Assembly: GCF_040938485.1 (NCBI RefSeq)
Contig: NW_027271853.1
Location: 186,001-250,000 of the forward strand
Reading direction: 5' to 3'
DNA length: 64,000 bases
From: Diadema antillarum
Lineage: Eukaryota
Below are positions 1-12,659 of the stretch, one piece after another. Each line of letters starts with the position of its first letter. The first letter of the stretch is position 1. Below the pieces are notes generated by a model. That model did not search any database, was not told the DNA's origin, and saw only the letters and a list, made by a program, of their open reading frames with translations. Position numbers and translations under genes: made by a program.

Positions 1-630
1 TGGCCGACTTACTGAGATGGCGAGTCTAACTCTTTAAATGTTAGTCTAAACGTAGTCGTTAGATCTGTCAGTGTCAGTGTCACCGGTTATTGTATGGTGC
101 CATCTCTAACGTACGTTAACAAGTTGATGTTAGTTATCTATGTCAACTTACTGATTCAGTAATAGTGGTACTGTCATCCTGTTGGATATCGCCGCAATAT
201 CATTTGTGACGTGTTAATTTCGTGTCACAAAGACAAAAGTTGCCAAGATCTAATAGTATTAGATGTCTAGATCTAGATGTAGTCTAGATCTATAATATAA
301 ATTTTGTGAACCACTGGTAACTTAAAAGTGAAAGGTCTAGACTTCACTTAGTCTATAATTAGACCAGACATTCATGAGGCAAAGGCCTATTTAGTAGATC
401 TATTATTCTATTTTGACGTCAATTCCTACTAACTCGCCACTTGTTATTCCTAAGGCCAAGGACTTCCGGGTTAGTGATTTTTTTTTTTCATAAATACCAA
501 ACAGCAGACGTGTTTCATTTGCATTCTTGTGCAGACTTCATGAAAATATGTGCAGTATCAAAGAAATATGATGCACATGACAATGCCAGTGTTTTATAGG
601 TGAATGGTTAATACCTTTAAAAGCTGAATG

Positions 631-1739
631 ATAATGTAGAGTCTAGGTCTAATTAAGATGTTACAGTCTCTGATAAGAAACAGGTTTGATTGTCATAGAC
701 TGTTTCCCAAATGCAGGTACATGTACACGTGTAGTAATATTCAGCTATTTCAATGCAATGCCATGTTTACAAATACATGTAGATTTATATTCATGTGAAT
801 GATAATTCAATTTCTACATGAGACATACTAAGTGCTAAACATAATATCTTGCATCAGTAAAATGTGTAAATGACAAGACAATTTCAATATGCAACAAATA
901 CGAACAGCAGCATTTTTTGACATTCTTTGATCCTGCATAGGCCTACCATTTTGTTTTATGTTTAATATAAATAGAGCAAAATAATTTCAACTTCAGTTTT
1001 GTTGGCTGATTTTTTTTTTCTTCTCAAAATTAAAGTTGTATCTTGTGCCATGATGTTTGATTTTAATCAAAAGTTCTTAATTTCTTTCTTTTCTTTCAGA
1101 TGACTGGTGCCATGTAGTAGCGAAGAATTGGACTGTCTCAGAAAAGAAAAGGAAAAGTACAGGGTCGTGTACATCACCAACGGATGTGAATACAATGGTA
1201 ATGTAGAGTCTAGGTCTAATTAAGATGTTAAAGTCTCTGATAATAAACAAGTTTGATTGTCGTAGACTGTTTCCCAAATGCAATTAGTAATATTCAGCTT
1301 TTTCAAAGCAATGCCTTGTTTACAAGGACATGCAGATTTATTCATGTGAATAATAATTTAAATTCTACATGAGACTTACTAAGTGATAGACATAAGATCT
1401 TGCATCATTAAAATATGTAAAAGGCGAGACAATTTGAGTATGCATCAAAGACGAACAGCAGTATTTTTTTTGACATTCTTTGATCCTGTATACCGTTTTG
1501 TTTTATGTTTAATATAAATAGAGCAAAATAATTTCAACTACAGTTTCATTGGCTGATTTCTTTTTCTCAAAATGAAAGTTGTATCTTGTATCATGATGTT
1601 TGATTTTAATCGAAAGTTCTTAATTTCTGTCTTTTCTTTCAGATGACTGATGCCATGCAGTAGCGAAGAGCTGGACTGTTTCAGAGAAGAAGAAAAAAGT
1701 ACAGCATCGTGCTGATCATCAAGGAATGTGAATACAATG
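631..1739. repeat. Two-copy tandem duplication (about 567 and 542 bp) of an intron-like plus exon-like module
   Basis: TAATGTAGAGTCTAGGTCTAATTAAGATGTT starts near 632 and again near 1199; colinear similarity continues to GAATACAATG at about 1197 and 1739. Confidence 0.85.
1100..1197 (+). other. Candidate 98-nt internal exon of an unidentified, possibly non-coding, transcript
   Basis: Pyrimidine tract TTTCTTTCTTTTCTTTCAG ends at 1099; ATG|GTAATG donor-like site at 1198; paralogous acceptor at 1642. No recognisable protein. Confidence 0.3.
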
Positions 1740-2482
1740 GCTTAGGAAAGAAGACAATCTACAGATAGGATAGAAGGGAGAAATTGGGATGAAGGGCGAC
1801 AACATAAGGACGGTATATCTACAGTGAAATGTGATTGTAAAGTGGAAACATGAAAGGAGATCCTAAGATTGAAGGTGAAAACAATGCATTCCATTCTGTG
1901 ATGTCGTAATTACAATTTTGCTACACTTTAATAACACTACAGAGAGACATTTATATCAAGGAAAGCTTCATGTGGATATGGAATGTTAGATCTTTTTAAG
2001 TGTTCATTGGTATGTATTTCATGATAAATCTTGAAGGTTTTGTGTGGTAATCATAACCTTGTGATAAATCTTGATAGATTTCTAAGTGCACATTGGCAAT
2101 ATTTAGATGATGCTGTAATCAGATTAAGTTCTATTCTCCTTTATTCTTTTATTTATTATTTTGTTGTCTTCAACCCACTTTGAATGTGTCACGTATGATT
2201 CTTATAAACATGGGAACATGCACTCCATGTAACTGATAGGACTTATAACAAATTGACATAATTATTCAACCATCACTAGACAGTTCTGTTATAAGATGTT
2301 CTTTATCTAACTAAAATTTATTTTATATATAAAAATTATGATACGTGTATGTTCCCATGCAAACTCACAACAAAATACAGAAATTTGATTTCTTTTGATA
2401 ATAATTCATTATGTCTCTAAATTTACAATTAAAGAAAGTGATTGCAATAAGGTTGTCAAACATTGTATATTAAAATAATAGA

Positions 2483-2639
2483 TTATTCATTTGTCTCCAT
2501 CCGTAGTAACGCACGCAACTGCAGTGTGCAGTTTGTAGGCTGCTGTGAAAAAAAAAAAATCACAGGCAGCCCAAGCAGGATTCGAACCCACGACCTCTGG
2601 ATTACTAGACCAGCGTCATAACCACTAGACCACCGGAGT
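2483..2639 (-). mobile_element. tRNA-Thr(AGT)-derived SINE-like element
   Basis: Minus strand 2639-2567 has A-box TGGTCTAGTGG, anticodon arm CTGGT-CTAGTAA-TCCAG and B-box GGTTCGAATCC, with a poorly paired acceptor stem; followed by an oligo-T run inside a CTGTGA/TCACAG hairpin and a short tail ending AAATGAATAATC. Confidence 0.6.
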
Positions 2640-4890
2640 GCCCTGGCGCTACCTTTACACATGAATAATTAAGTATAGAAGGGCTTGGGGGTGCTTCGAA
2701 GTTTACTGCTCTTACTAGTATTAAATATGTACATGTCATTTGCAACTCAACTAAAGATGATTAAACACACTGAAATTCTTACTTTAAATGATATTCATAA
2801 TCTGTTTTTTTTTTCTTTAATAGCTTGGGATGTACACTTTATACACTGTATCGGTCTACATTTCGCCTACAATATGGAATTCTTTACTTCGAGACGTTTG
2901 TTTTTAACAAACAAAAAATTAAGAGTCCTTTAAAGGTGCTGTAAAAAACTGGTGTTTGTTTGTTTGTTTGTTTTTTGGTGGGGGGGGGGGGGGGGAGGGG
3001 AGTCAAATTAGCCTTGGCCCCTCTCCGCCGTCTTTTTTTTTTCCTTTAGCTGCATTTTTTTTTAGTCATCACATGAAAATTCGTCTGCATCCACCCCGTA
3101 GTTTTGCTGATGACCTTTCTTTTTAATTATTTTAGCCACACACAATTTTGGCTGAATTTCCCCACCCCTCTTGTGAATTTGCTAGTACATGTACTAAAAC
3201 ACATTCTCAGAATGTGTTTATAGTACTGGTGGATTAAGGATTCACAGGGAGGGGGGGGGGGTCGGCCAAAATTTCTCTTTTCTCATATGTAACAAGCCTA
3301 CGGGGCGAAAGGCTGATATTATGGGCTTTCTACACACATTTTTAGATGCTAATGGTTAACATGAGCATGATCATTTATGTTGTGATTAATTTGTTTCCTT
3401 ATATATGTATGACTTCTATTAGAGACTTAATTGGCTTGGCACTCCTTACATCGACCTATTTTAGACACCCATTTCCTTCTCTCTCTCTCTCGTGCTTTTT
3501 CTCTACTGTCCTGTGAATAGTGTAACTACATGTACATGCAGTACCTCCTCCCTTTTGTATGATATACATCAAGTTTTTATCTGAGCATATGGGTGTTGCA
3601 GCACTCTCAAGCTTCATGCATATGCAGCAACATCTTTGGGTGTTCATATACATAGTTATGCTTGATATATTAATTTGAGAATGTTATTCTTTCTCTTGTA
3701 TATGTTCCGTCCGCACTCTATAGATGTAAATGTACGATGTAAGATTTGGTGTGCATGTTCGTACTGTGTTCCTCTTTTTGTGAACACACAAGAACTGATA
3801 TAATAATGAACTTGAATTACACATATTCTTGAATCTTGATTCCATCTCCATTTGCCATTAGATATGTATTGATTTATGGAGCTCTTCCACAATTGTTATC
3901 CTTCCCATTGGCATTACTCATCTCTGAATAATTCAAATTTGATATTTTATTGAGGACCTATGTTTCTTCGGTTACATAATGTACCTCTTCAATATATTGC
4001 TGCAAAAGGCATAATAAAACATGACCATTATTATATATTTAAAATGAAGCTTGAAATTCTGATAGTGTTGATATTTATGTATTTTTAGGAGTTTATCAGT
4101 TTCGAAGAGTGCATGCAGGATGAGTTTTATGTTTTTATATGATCATGTGCAGCTATCATAGAATCTGTTGAGCAGGAAAGAGAAAGATGGAAAATGAGAA
4201 ATTATGAGTGAATTCGCATGCGAGCCAAATGACAATAATGACACTGATAAAAATGGTGACAAAGTAAATGTCACAAATATGTGGAATAATAAGAAATAAA
4301 GAAATTAATATATTATTTCAGAGAAAGAAATAACAGAGTGCATGCATGAGTATGAAAGATGAGTAAATACAAGTAATTATTACTGACTGGCACGTCTTTT
4401 TCCCAAGATTTAGCGGTATCCTTCATCTTAGAACAAACATTCATAATTATTATGAAAGAAGTGAACTGAATTTGAATTAAAAATAATGTGAAAAAATGAA
4501 AAAGTAAGTTAATAAAGTAAAAAAAAAACAGTAAAAAGTAAAAAAATATGAAACACAGTATACCGAGTACATGTATTACAAAATGATAGATGTCCAAATG
4601 CAAAAGTGTTAAATAATAATATATCCACAAAAAAGGGGGGGCAAAGAAATCTTTGGAACGATCAACCACAGCTATAATAACAATACATGCGTGTACTAAA
4701 TGAAGATGAAAACAATGACAACACTCTTTTTAGAACAATTAAGAGAAACTGGCTTGTATTACATCTTAATTATCACTAAATGTATTGTAATCATCACAAC
4801 AATCATTACATGACAAGTAATTTCAATTAATAAGGTTATTGTTGATAAGCAGGTATAGCCCTAATAGTATTTGTATGTAAACACATACGA

Positions 4891-5285
4891 AAATGAAATA
4901 GCGACGGTTCGTAAATACACGCGTATTGCACGTTACCTATTGTACAGGCCCTACAGCGCGGGTCTCACGAACCGGCGTAATACAACTTACGTCGGTTCGT
5001 GAGACCCGCGCTTAAGTACATAACCTATGGTGCGCGCAAGAAACGATGGATTTACGAACCGACGCAGTGAGTTTGAAGACAGAAATATCGCAATTTTTTT
5101 GAATTCACACTAAAATTACACTATGGATAGGAAGAACAACTTCCACTCTCATCACCCTGTCAAAATTTTCACACACAAGACAGGAAAAGTCATTGAAAAC
5201 GTTGTCTAAAACTTGTGAGATCTTTAAACGCGATTTTCTCAGAATTGCATTTTCGCTCAAAAACGAAATAGCGTCGGTTCGTGAA
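4891..5285. repeat. Cluster of five CGNCGGTTCGTRA motifs in alternating orientation, including a 26-bp-arm hairpin; probable transposon-end remnant
   Basis: Motifs at about 4902(+), 4965(-), 4990(+), 5052(-), 5272(+); inverted repeat 4955-4980 / 4987-5012 with one G.T mismatch and a 6-nt loop. Confidence 0.7.
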
Positions 5286-5570
5286 AACGCCGACGATTTC
5301 ATTGTTTACAATATTATACATTAACAAACATCATTTCATAATTCCTTTGACCGGTCAAAATCTATGTGCAGTCACTAGATTTCGTAATACTTTCCAGCAG
5401 GCAGCTACCGGTTTTTAAGATGCATGTAAGTATATCTTGAGCACGTATCGTCTTGATCAGTATGAAATTAAACTTCATGTATTTTCAATGATCAGTAGCC
5501 CAAGAAATTTACTTCGATGTCTTTATTTACCATTTACATGGGGTATATGAAATTTAATGGTAGAATTTTA

Positions 5571-6539
5571 TCACAAAGTCAGGCTTATTAGTTGGTTTCT
5601 GAGATCACTAAATGCCTTGCGAAAAAGACGATCCCGGTAGCAGTAGATGATCGGATTAACGGCCGAATTTATCCCAACACTGATGACGCTGACTTGGGCA
5701 AGAACGGGTTGATGATAGTCGTTTAATGGTGAAAGTTCGACACCCAACTGTATTTGCGAGGGAACACAGCACAGAGTGAAGATAAAAACAACGATGGAAA
5801 TCGCTTGGGCCGCTTTAAAATTCTTGACCAATATTTCACGATTCTCCCGATTTCTTCCGAAAGCTTCGTTTGCCTGAAATATCACTCGGGACTGTCTGAA
5901 AGCAATTCGTAGTATGCGCACGTTGATACACGTCAACGTGAGGAGCACAAGAATACTACCCACAAGCACGCTCAGGTTCAGGGCCCACAAAATTGGGTCC
6001 TCAACATACCTTCCGGGACACTTTATCGTTATCACCTTGGCGTTTTTTGACGCAAGCATATAAGATCGTGTCAGAAGGGACGCACTTAGTGTAATGTATG
6101 TGAACGCGATCACAGCTTGAACGCGTTTCGTGGTTACTATGGCGGCGTAACGCAGTGGGCAAGTGATCGCGATAAAACGATCGAGGGAGATCGCGATTAT
6201 CTTGGAAAAAGACAAAGCACTGAAGATCGCTAATGGTGCTGTAAACAAAATCCCAACCAAGGAATCACAACGGGTGGTACTGGAGAGGTTGAAATACAGA
6301 TAAAGAGGAATACCAACAAGTCCATTGAAGAAATCAGCCACAGCAAGACTTGCAATGATGAAGTATGATGGTGTCCACAAACGATGATATCTGTAAACTG
6401 CAAATACCACCAAGCCATTTCCAACAATGTTGCCAACTATCATTGGTATCAAACACGTCAGGAGTAAAGCGGTATTCAGTGAGGTAATTGTTATAGTGTT
6501 GTTTGCTGGTTGATAGAGAATATCCGTTGCATTCCTCAT
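5571..6539 (-). CDS. Class A GPCR, odorant-receptor-like family (receptor 1, 322 aa)
   Basis: Intronless 7-TM ORF with GNGLV, LWTPSYFIIASLAVAD, DRF, KAAQA, CCVP, NPIIY. Start set at ATG 6539 because the ORF-track start at 6626 is TTG. Confidence 0.93.
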   Translation of the reverse strand: MRNATDILYQPANNTITITSLNTALLLTCLIPMIVGNIVGNGLVVFAVYRYHRLWTPSYFIIASLAVADFFNGLVGIPLYLYFNLSSTTRCDSLVGILFTAPLAIFSALSFSKIIAISLDRFIAITCPLRYAAIVTTKRVQAVIAFTYITLSASLLTRSYMLASKNAKVITIKCPGRYVEDPILWALNLSVLVGSILVLLTLTCINVRILRIAFRQSRVIFQANEAFGRNRENREILVKNFKAAQAISIVVFIFTLCCVPSQIQLGVELSPLNDYHQPVLAQVSVISVGINSAVNPIIYCYRDRLFRKAFSDLRNQLISLTL

Positions 6540-9500
6540 TTTGTGAAATTCTAAGATTTGGACGTTGAAATACACAATTACAACCTCCAAAACAATGATT
6601 TCAACAAGAATAAGATGATGTTCCAAGGGTAGTCAAGTCAAAATTAGATGCTTGAAGGAGTAGATTGTACTAACTGCCAAGCTTGTACGCCGACTGCCAT
6701 TTTTATAAGCTTGAGCTCAGTTGCTCAAATTGTATGGAAGAATTGGGCGGTTACCTCGGGTCCTTAAAAAGGTAGTAGCTTGGAAGTTAACGCGTAGTCT
6801 GCAGAGCGTTACGCAGTGTCTGATTCCAGTTTGAATCATGTTACTGGTTTTATATTGTCATTGACAAGTTGTAGATTTTGTGATTATTCACGTCAATCAA
6901 ATTTCCTTCGTCCTCATTCAAGTGATGTTATATCATTCATAGTTCTCATGATGATAACATGAAATCTGTTCTTCAATGAATAAGAAAGTGAATGAATACA
7001 TTTCTTGAAACTTCACAGAGAATAATTATTATGCGTTTATGGTTTTAAAAGTATACTTACGTGTGTAATATCCGTAAATGAATAGTTTCATCATGAAATT
7101 CATACTCGTTGGTCGAAGATTTACGATATTCAAATGAATGACACGAAAGCAAACGAGTACTGGATTGAATTAAAGGACAGGCTTTAAGGAATCCTCGTTT
7201 TACAATAAAGTATTCATGGCATATACCGATAAAGGCATATTGTCTTTGATCTTACTCGTTTCCCATGTTCTGAGCGAGCAGAATGAGCAGGCAAATGTAA
7301 CTGTAGAATAACAGAATGCTGTAAGAACGAATTGAATTCTAAGACAATGAATTTTCATACGCTACTAACGTCCATACAGCAACGGGTAGGCAAGGTAGGA
7401 GAGGGGAATTTGTGCGAAAAAATGAAGGCTCCTCGAAATATAAAACTATAGGAGATTATGGGCACCGATGCAGAATAGATTTTAGACCGCTGCGAGGAAG
7501 AGCGGGAAAGGATAAAAGATGTTTGTTTTTTTTGTTTTTTTGTTAGCTTCATCCCATTCTTTGTCAAGAAGCTATGGGTGTACTGAGTATAGCAGAGATA
7601 CAGTGGTCTGATCAAATGGTATCTAGAGGATGTCAACGAATATGTGTATGTGTGTGTGTGTGTGTATGCGTGTGTGTGTTTGAGGGTTTGTAAAATAAAC
7701 AAAATGATGAATCGATATCAAAGCATTTTTTTTTAAATCATAGAGGAATTTATTCCATGAAAATCATGTCATATACAAACAAAGTAAATAACGTCATCTT
7801 GATAAAATGGCTATATCTTAAATTACATTTTACAGTTCACATCATTTCCTCTTACTGTCTTATAGTACATTTAGCTTGCTAACCTTTTCACGAAAGTTTC
7901 AAATTAGTGAGCAATTGTGTTATGTATGTTTGCATTGAATTGATTACTAATGAAATGGTCAAGCTTTTACCAGATTGTGTACACGTGTGGGCAATGGAAC
8001 AAAATGTGACATCTGTTTAAACATCTTTAACATGTTTACGATGGTTACTATTCATATCTGGTCTAATTTCCCTTGAAACTATTTTTTTTTTGAAAGGTAA
8101 AGTCCAATGAAAACATGTTTATCAGAAAGTTATATTGCTTTACTGGATTATTTAATAGGTTTGCACATTTGAATTTGAACAATTTAGCCAATTACATTCT
8201 TTTAGAACACTGTTGGATAAGAATTTTTTATAATTAGCCAAATAATTTTCGGATTGTTTCTTTTTATATTGTGATGTGTATGAAATCAACGGTTTTTATC
8301 TGAATCAATCTAACATCTCGTATTATCTAATTATTCAAACTACTTACGATTTAACCTATTAAACCAAAACCTTGGGAAAAATGTTCTTATCTTTATACAC
8401 TGAGATACAAAGCACAAAGAAATCCTCTTCATCATGTCTTTTACATATCAAAACTTTTCCGTCATACATTGTCAATGAATTACTTTTTTTTACTGAACTC
8501 TTTTCATACCATTTTCTAATACAAAATAATCTGTTTTGATATTTCTTATCTAGTTTTTAAAAGAGAATTTCATTTTCAAATTCAGTTGCTTGGAATATAT
8601 CAACATGTAATGCAGCCGAAGATGTAATCATTCTGTTTGAAAATGTAGGTAATGATTATTTCTCACATGCTGTGAACATATGAGTTACTGAAAAAAAAAA
8701 CACACACCACTGCAGAGCCTAAAGATAATAACAATGTATAGCTCTTAATTTACACATAAAAACATAAATGTTTCATGACTGGTCATCACTATTTACAATT
8801 TTCAGTTATCAAGAAAGTAAAATAGAGTTTATTCTGTCATTTACATCAATCATTCCTAAACCCCTTTATTGTTGCGGATAATGTCTTCATAACTTTTTCT
8901 CTTTTTAAATTGAATGCGGAAAATGGTTATTGTATTCTTTATTTTTTGACTAATCCATTTGGCAGCTATAACATGTATATTTATGTATATTATCTGTGAC
9001 ATAAGTAGGATTTTGATAATTTTATTCCCATAGTATTACAAATTTCTCATCTTCCATAAAGATATGATACGTTTGATTTTCCTGTCTTACTATCTTGACT
9101 ATCCCGCAATTCAAAAGATCATTCGAATTTCTGCATTATACAACACCAGGATATTTCACTGATTCTACTGACCATAACGAATTACCTATATATAATTATT
9201 TCATCTCAATGTACACTCAAAGGTATAAATTAAGTTTTATCAGCACTAAGTTTTTAAGTGAATAGCATGTTTTCCGAACGTGATAACTTCCTGTATTGCA
9301 ATAGTCTCTGCCTGGACATATATATGTTGGTTTTTTTTTACAAAGACTGCAGCATCATCCACTACTGATAAAATTTCACTTCATGTCCTGTGCACACGCT
9401 TTTTATGTTTTTATTTTTTTTTCAAGAAGAGGATAACTGATACCATTGATATACTTATTAGACGTTTCGTGTCATGGGGTTACTTAAACAATTAAGACAA

Positions 9501-10136
9501 AAAGAAAAAAAGGCAGATGAGAGGGCAACGTTATCCTTCCCTTGTATACCTTAAAAATTGTAAAATCCAACCGTTATTGACCGTGTTTACTACTTTTATT
9601 TCTGCATTTCTAGACAACCCTGTTATCCACTGAATAAATGCTTCAGTGAAGTTAGACCTTTTGCGCTATCAAAAAAGCTATATGGTGTACACTATCGAAT
9701 GCTTGCTAAAAACAAATCAAAAGAAGTATCAACCCTTGTTATCCAAAATAATGCAATAATTGATTACATTATGAACCAATTTTGAATTATTTGAGGACGA
9801 ACATACGTAATTTAATCGGTTTGGTCAAAAGAAACAATTTTGTATATCACGTTTTAAAGTTTTTGCGACAAACACACGAATATGACTATTTTTCATATTG
9901 AAAAAAAGTGTCCAATGATTTAATAGAATCCCAAATCCTTTTTAAATAACAAGGAACGTATATCATTTCTCTGACTTTCTGTCAAACCTCTATTAGCGTA
10001 TCTTCCATTCAATCTCTTATAGCAAATCTTTGATATCTCACCAGAACATCAATAAAACTTTGAACTCAACCGGCCACTGCCAGGTACTTTATTATTCGGA
10101 ATTAAAAGCACAGCCTTATATTGTTATATTAAATAC

Positions 10137-10139
<3 letters not shown>

Positions 10140-10167
<28 letters not shown>
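10140..10167. repeat. (TC)n microsatellite
   Basis: Uninterrupted TC run. Confidence 0.95.
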
Positions 10168-10900
10168 ACAATCCTTCCCATTCGAAAGCATGTTCATCTT
10201 TTAACATTTTAAGTTCAATATCTTTCATATAATGAGTATATAGTGATACCACCATCATTACTACTTGATACTTGCATATAGAGTGAAGTGAAATAATTAC
10301 TAATCATCTACCGAATTTCAGTTCTCTTCGTGAACGTCTTTCCGTTCAGTAGTATGCAATATATCACATACATGTACTGTATTGCTCATTATTATTATAA
10401 TTACATGCATTATTATCATTATTACCAGACTCATTTCTTCTCTCTTTCTTTCTCTTTCTCTCTAAAGTCTACCTAATTCATTCCTATTTTTCTTCTTTCT
10501 TCTGTTTGATTTGGCCTTGCTTACCTGATAAAACAACATTCTCTCTAATTTTGCTCTTTTATGGAATATTTCATAGTAAATTCTTCGATTTTAATTTTGC
10601 AAAATTTCAATGTTACTTGTGGGTCTTCATGTAAAAACTCTAATATCTCTTTCTGAATCACATTTCCAATGCAGTTTGTGAACAGGTATTTTCTTCAATG
10701 AAAGTGCAATGTCTATTTTCAACAATATCCTATCCTTTCTCCCGTCTCTTATTTCCCATTTGAAAAAAAAAACAGCGTTATGATCACATTTTGATAGCCG
10801 GGCGCAAAATGCTGTAGATTGAGGATTACAACATATTTTGCCACCTTATTTGATATTACCCTGTCGGTAAATCAGTGTGTGAATCTAATGGCAGAATTCA

Positions 10901-11860
10901 TTAAAAAATGAAGGTCATAAGGCGGCTTCTCAGATCACTAAACGCCTTGCGAAACAAACGATCCCTGTAGCCGTAGATGATCGGATTAACAGCTGAATTT
11001 ATCCCCAAACTGATGACTACGACTTGGGCAAGAACAGGTTGATGATACTCGCTGAATAGACCGATGCCCAAAGGAATTTGCGAGGGAACACAGCACAGAA
11101 TGTAGATGAAAACAACGATGGAGATTGTTTGGGCGGCTTTTAGATTCTTCAGCAATATTTCACGATTCTCCTGATTCCTTCCGAAAGCTTCGTTTGTCTG
11201 AAATATCACGCGAGACTGCTTGAAAGCAATTTGTAATATGCGCACGTTGCTAACCGCCACGCCGAAAAGAGCAAGACCAACGGCCGCAAGTATAATCACA
11301 TTCAGGCCCCGCAGAACGGGGTCCTCAAAATATCTGCCCTGGCATTTGATAGTCATTATTATCGCGTTCTCGGACACATGCAAATAATAGTAATAATATG
11401 TTAGCATGAAGGCGCCGTGTAAAATCCATGAGGATGCAAGTACAACTTGGACACGCTTAGTTGTCACTATGGAAACGTATCGTAATGGTCTTGTAATAGC
11501 AATATACCGGTCGACCGAGATGGCGAGTATCTGCGAAAGAGAAACAGCACTGAACGCCGTTTGTGGCACTGTTAATAGGGTATCAGCGAATGAATCACAA
11601 TTGGTAGCATTTGACAAGTTGAAGTAAAGATATAAAGGAGTACCGATAAACCCGGTGAAGAAATCTGTCACAGCAAGACTTGCTACGATGAGGTACGCTG
11701 GTGTCTGCAAACGATGGTATCTGTAAATTGCAACTACCACCAAGCCGTTTCCAACAACGCTAAAGACAATTAATGGCAGCATACATGTCAAGAGCAACGC
11801 CGTGTTCAGTGGTGTAATAGTCGTGGTGTTTGCCTCTCTAGTGTCTAATGAACCCGTCAT
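10901..11860 (-). CDS. Class A GPCR, odorant-receptor-like family (receptor 2, 319 aa; TM4-TM7 resemble type C)
   Basis: 7-TM ORF with GNGLV, LQTPAY, LAVTD, DRY, KAAQT, CCVP, NPIIY; N-glycosylation sequon NTT. Confidence 0.95.
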   Translation of the reverse strand: MTGSLDTREANTTTITPLNTALLLTCMLPLIVFSVVGNGLVVVAIYRYHRLQTPAYLIVASLAVTDFFTGFIGTPLYLYFNLSNATNCDSFADTLLTVPQTAFSAVSLSQILAISVDRYIAITRPLRYVSIVTTKRVQVVLASSWILHGAFMLTYYYYYLHVSENAIIMTIKCQGRYFEDPVLRGLNVIILAAVGLALFGVAVSNVRILQIAFKQSRVIFQTNEAFGRNQENREILLKNLKAAQTISIVVFIYILCCVPSQIPLGIGLFSEYHQPVLAQVVVISLGINSAVNPIIYGYRDRLFRKAFSDLRSRLMTFIF

Positions 11861-12044
11861 TTTGTCAAACTTGATATCAACGCTACAAACACGTCTTCCT
11901 TAGCAATATCTTTTCCACGAAATCAAATGACTCAGTGGTCATACTTATTGCTCACACTTATCTTCTGCGCAACCGATATTACGCGGTCAGTTCTCCTCTC
12001 TGTAATCTCGAGTTCATGTACACGCAACTCAATATCTGAGGTAG

Positions 12045-12086
12045 GAATGAATGCGATAACATTGTACATTTATTGCGGCTTTTATA
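12045..12086 (-). promoter_or_regulatory. Putative TATA box plus initiator for receptor 2
   Basis: Minus strand TATAAAAG at 12086-12079 and TCATTC at 12050-12045; same flanking context (CTCGAGTTCATGT) as upstream of type A and C genes; spacing slightly long. Confidence 0.45.
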
Positions 12087-12494
12087 GACATGATAGATAC
12101 GAGGTGGAAAATTAATTTCCGTTTGGGTGTAGAGAGCGTTGCGACGTGTTCGATAGAGATTTTTGATAATCAACTGCTTGCTGTTGATATGGCACTCTCT
12201 TTTTATTCCACGTTTTAATACACTGGCATCAATCATGTTTTTCTACGCTCACTATGAAAATAATCATAACTATAAACTCTTGAACATTACTTGATACTGA
12301 AGATGTCATGAAACGCGTTCTAATAACAATCGTTTTATGAACGATAATCGCCTTCTTTGGGATTAAATCGAATGAGAGAAACGAGCAAAGAAATTTAGGC
12401 CTCTATACGAAAGCTCTACGAAGATCCAAGTGGAACAGATTTGTGAGAAAAATACACAAGGTGCCAATGAACCGCCAAGGAATAGTTACCCTTG

Positions 12495-12622
12495 NNNNNN
12501 NNNNNNNNNNNNNNNNNNNNNNNNNNNNNNNNNNNNNNNNNNNNNNNNNNNNNNNNNNNNNNNNNNNNNNNNNNNNNNNNNNNNNNNNNNNNNNNNNNNN
12601 NNNNNNNNNNNNNNNNNNNNNN
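12495..12622. other. Assembly gap (128 N)
   Basis: Run of N. Confidence 1.
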
Positions 12623-12659
12623 TGCATGTATCTAGGCTACCACATTCTGAGTTGACCAT

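Noticed and set aside
1-400. Gene start or first-exon region (minus-strand GTAAGT sites near 12 and 150, TCTAGA-rich tract)
   Set aside because: Isolated donor-like hexamers with no supportable exon or ORF within the window
6540-6626. N-terminal extensions in the ORF track (also 22189, 28994, 38129)
   Set aside because: They begin at TTG codons; the downstream ATGs align across paralogs
12297-12319. Second hammerhead, CTGAAGA-TGTCAT-GAAACGCGTT on the plus strand
   Set aside because: Core and palindromic stem III are present, but stem II cannot form properly and there is no stem I pairing; at most a decayed remnant
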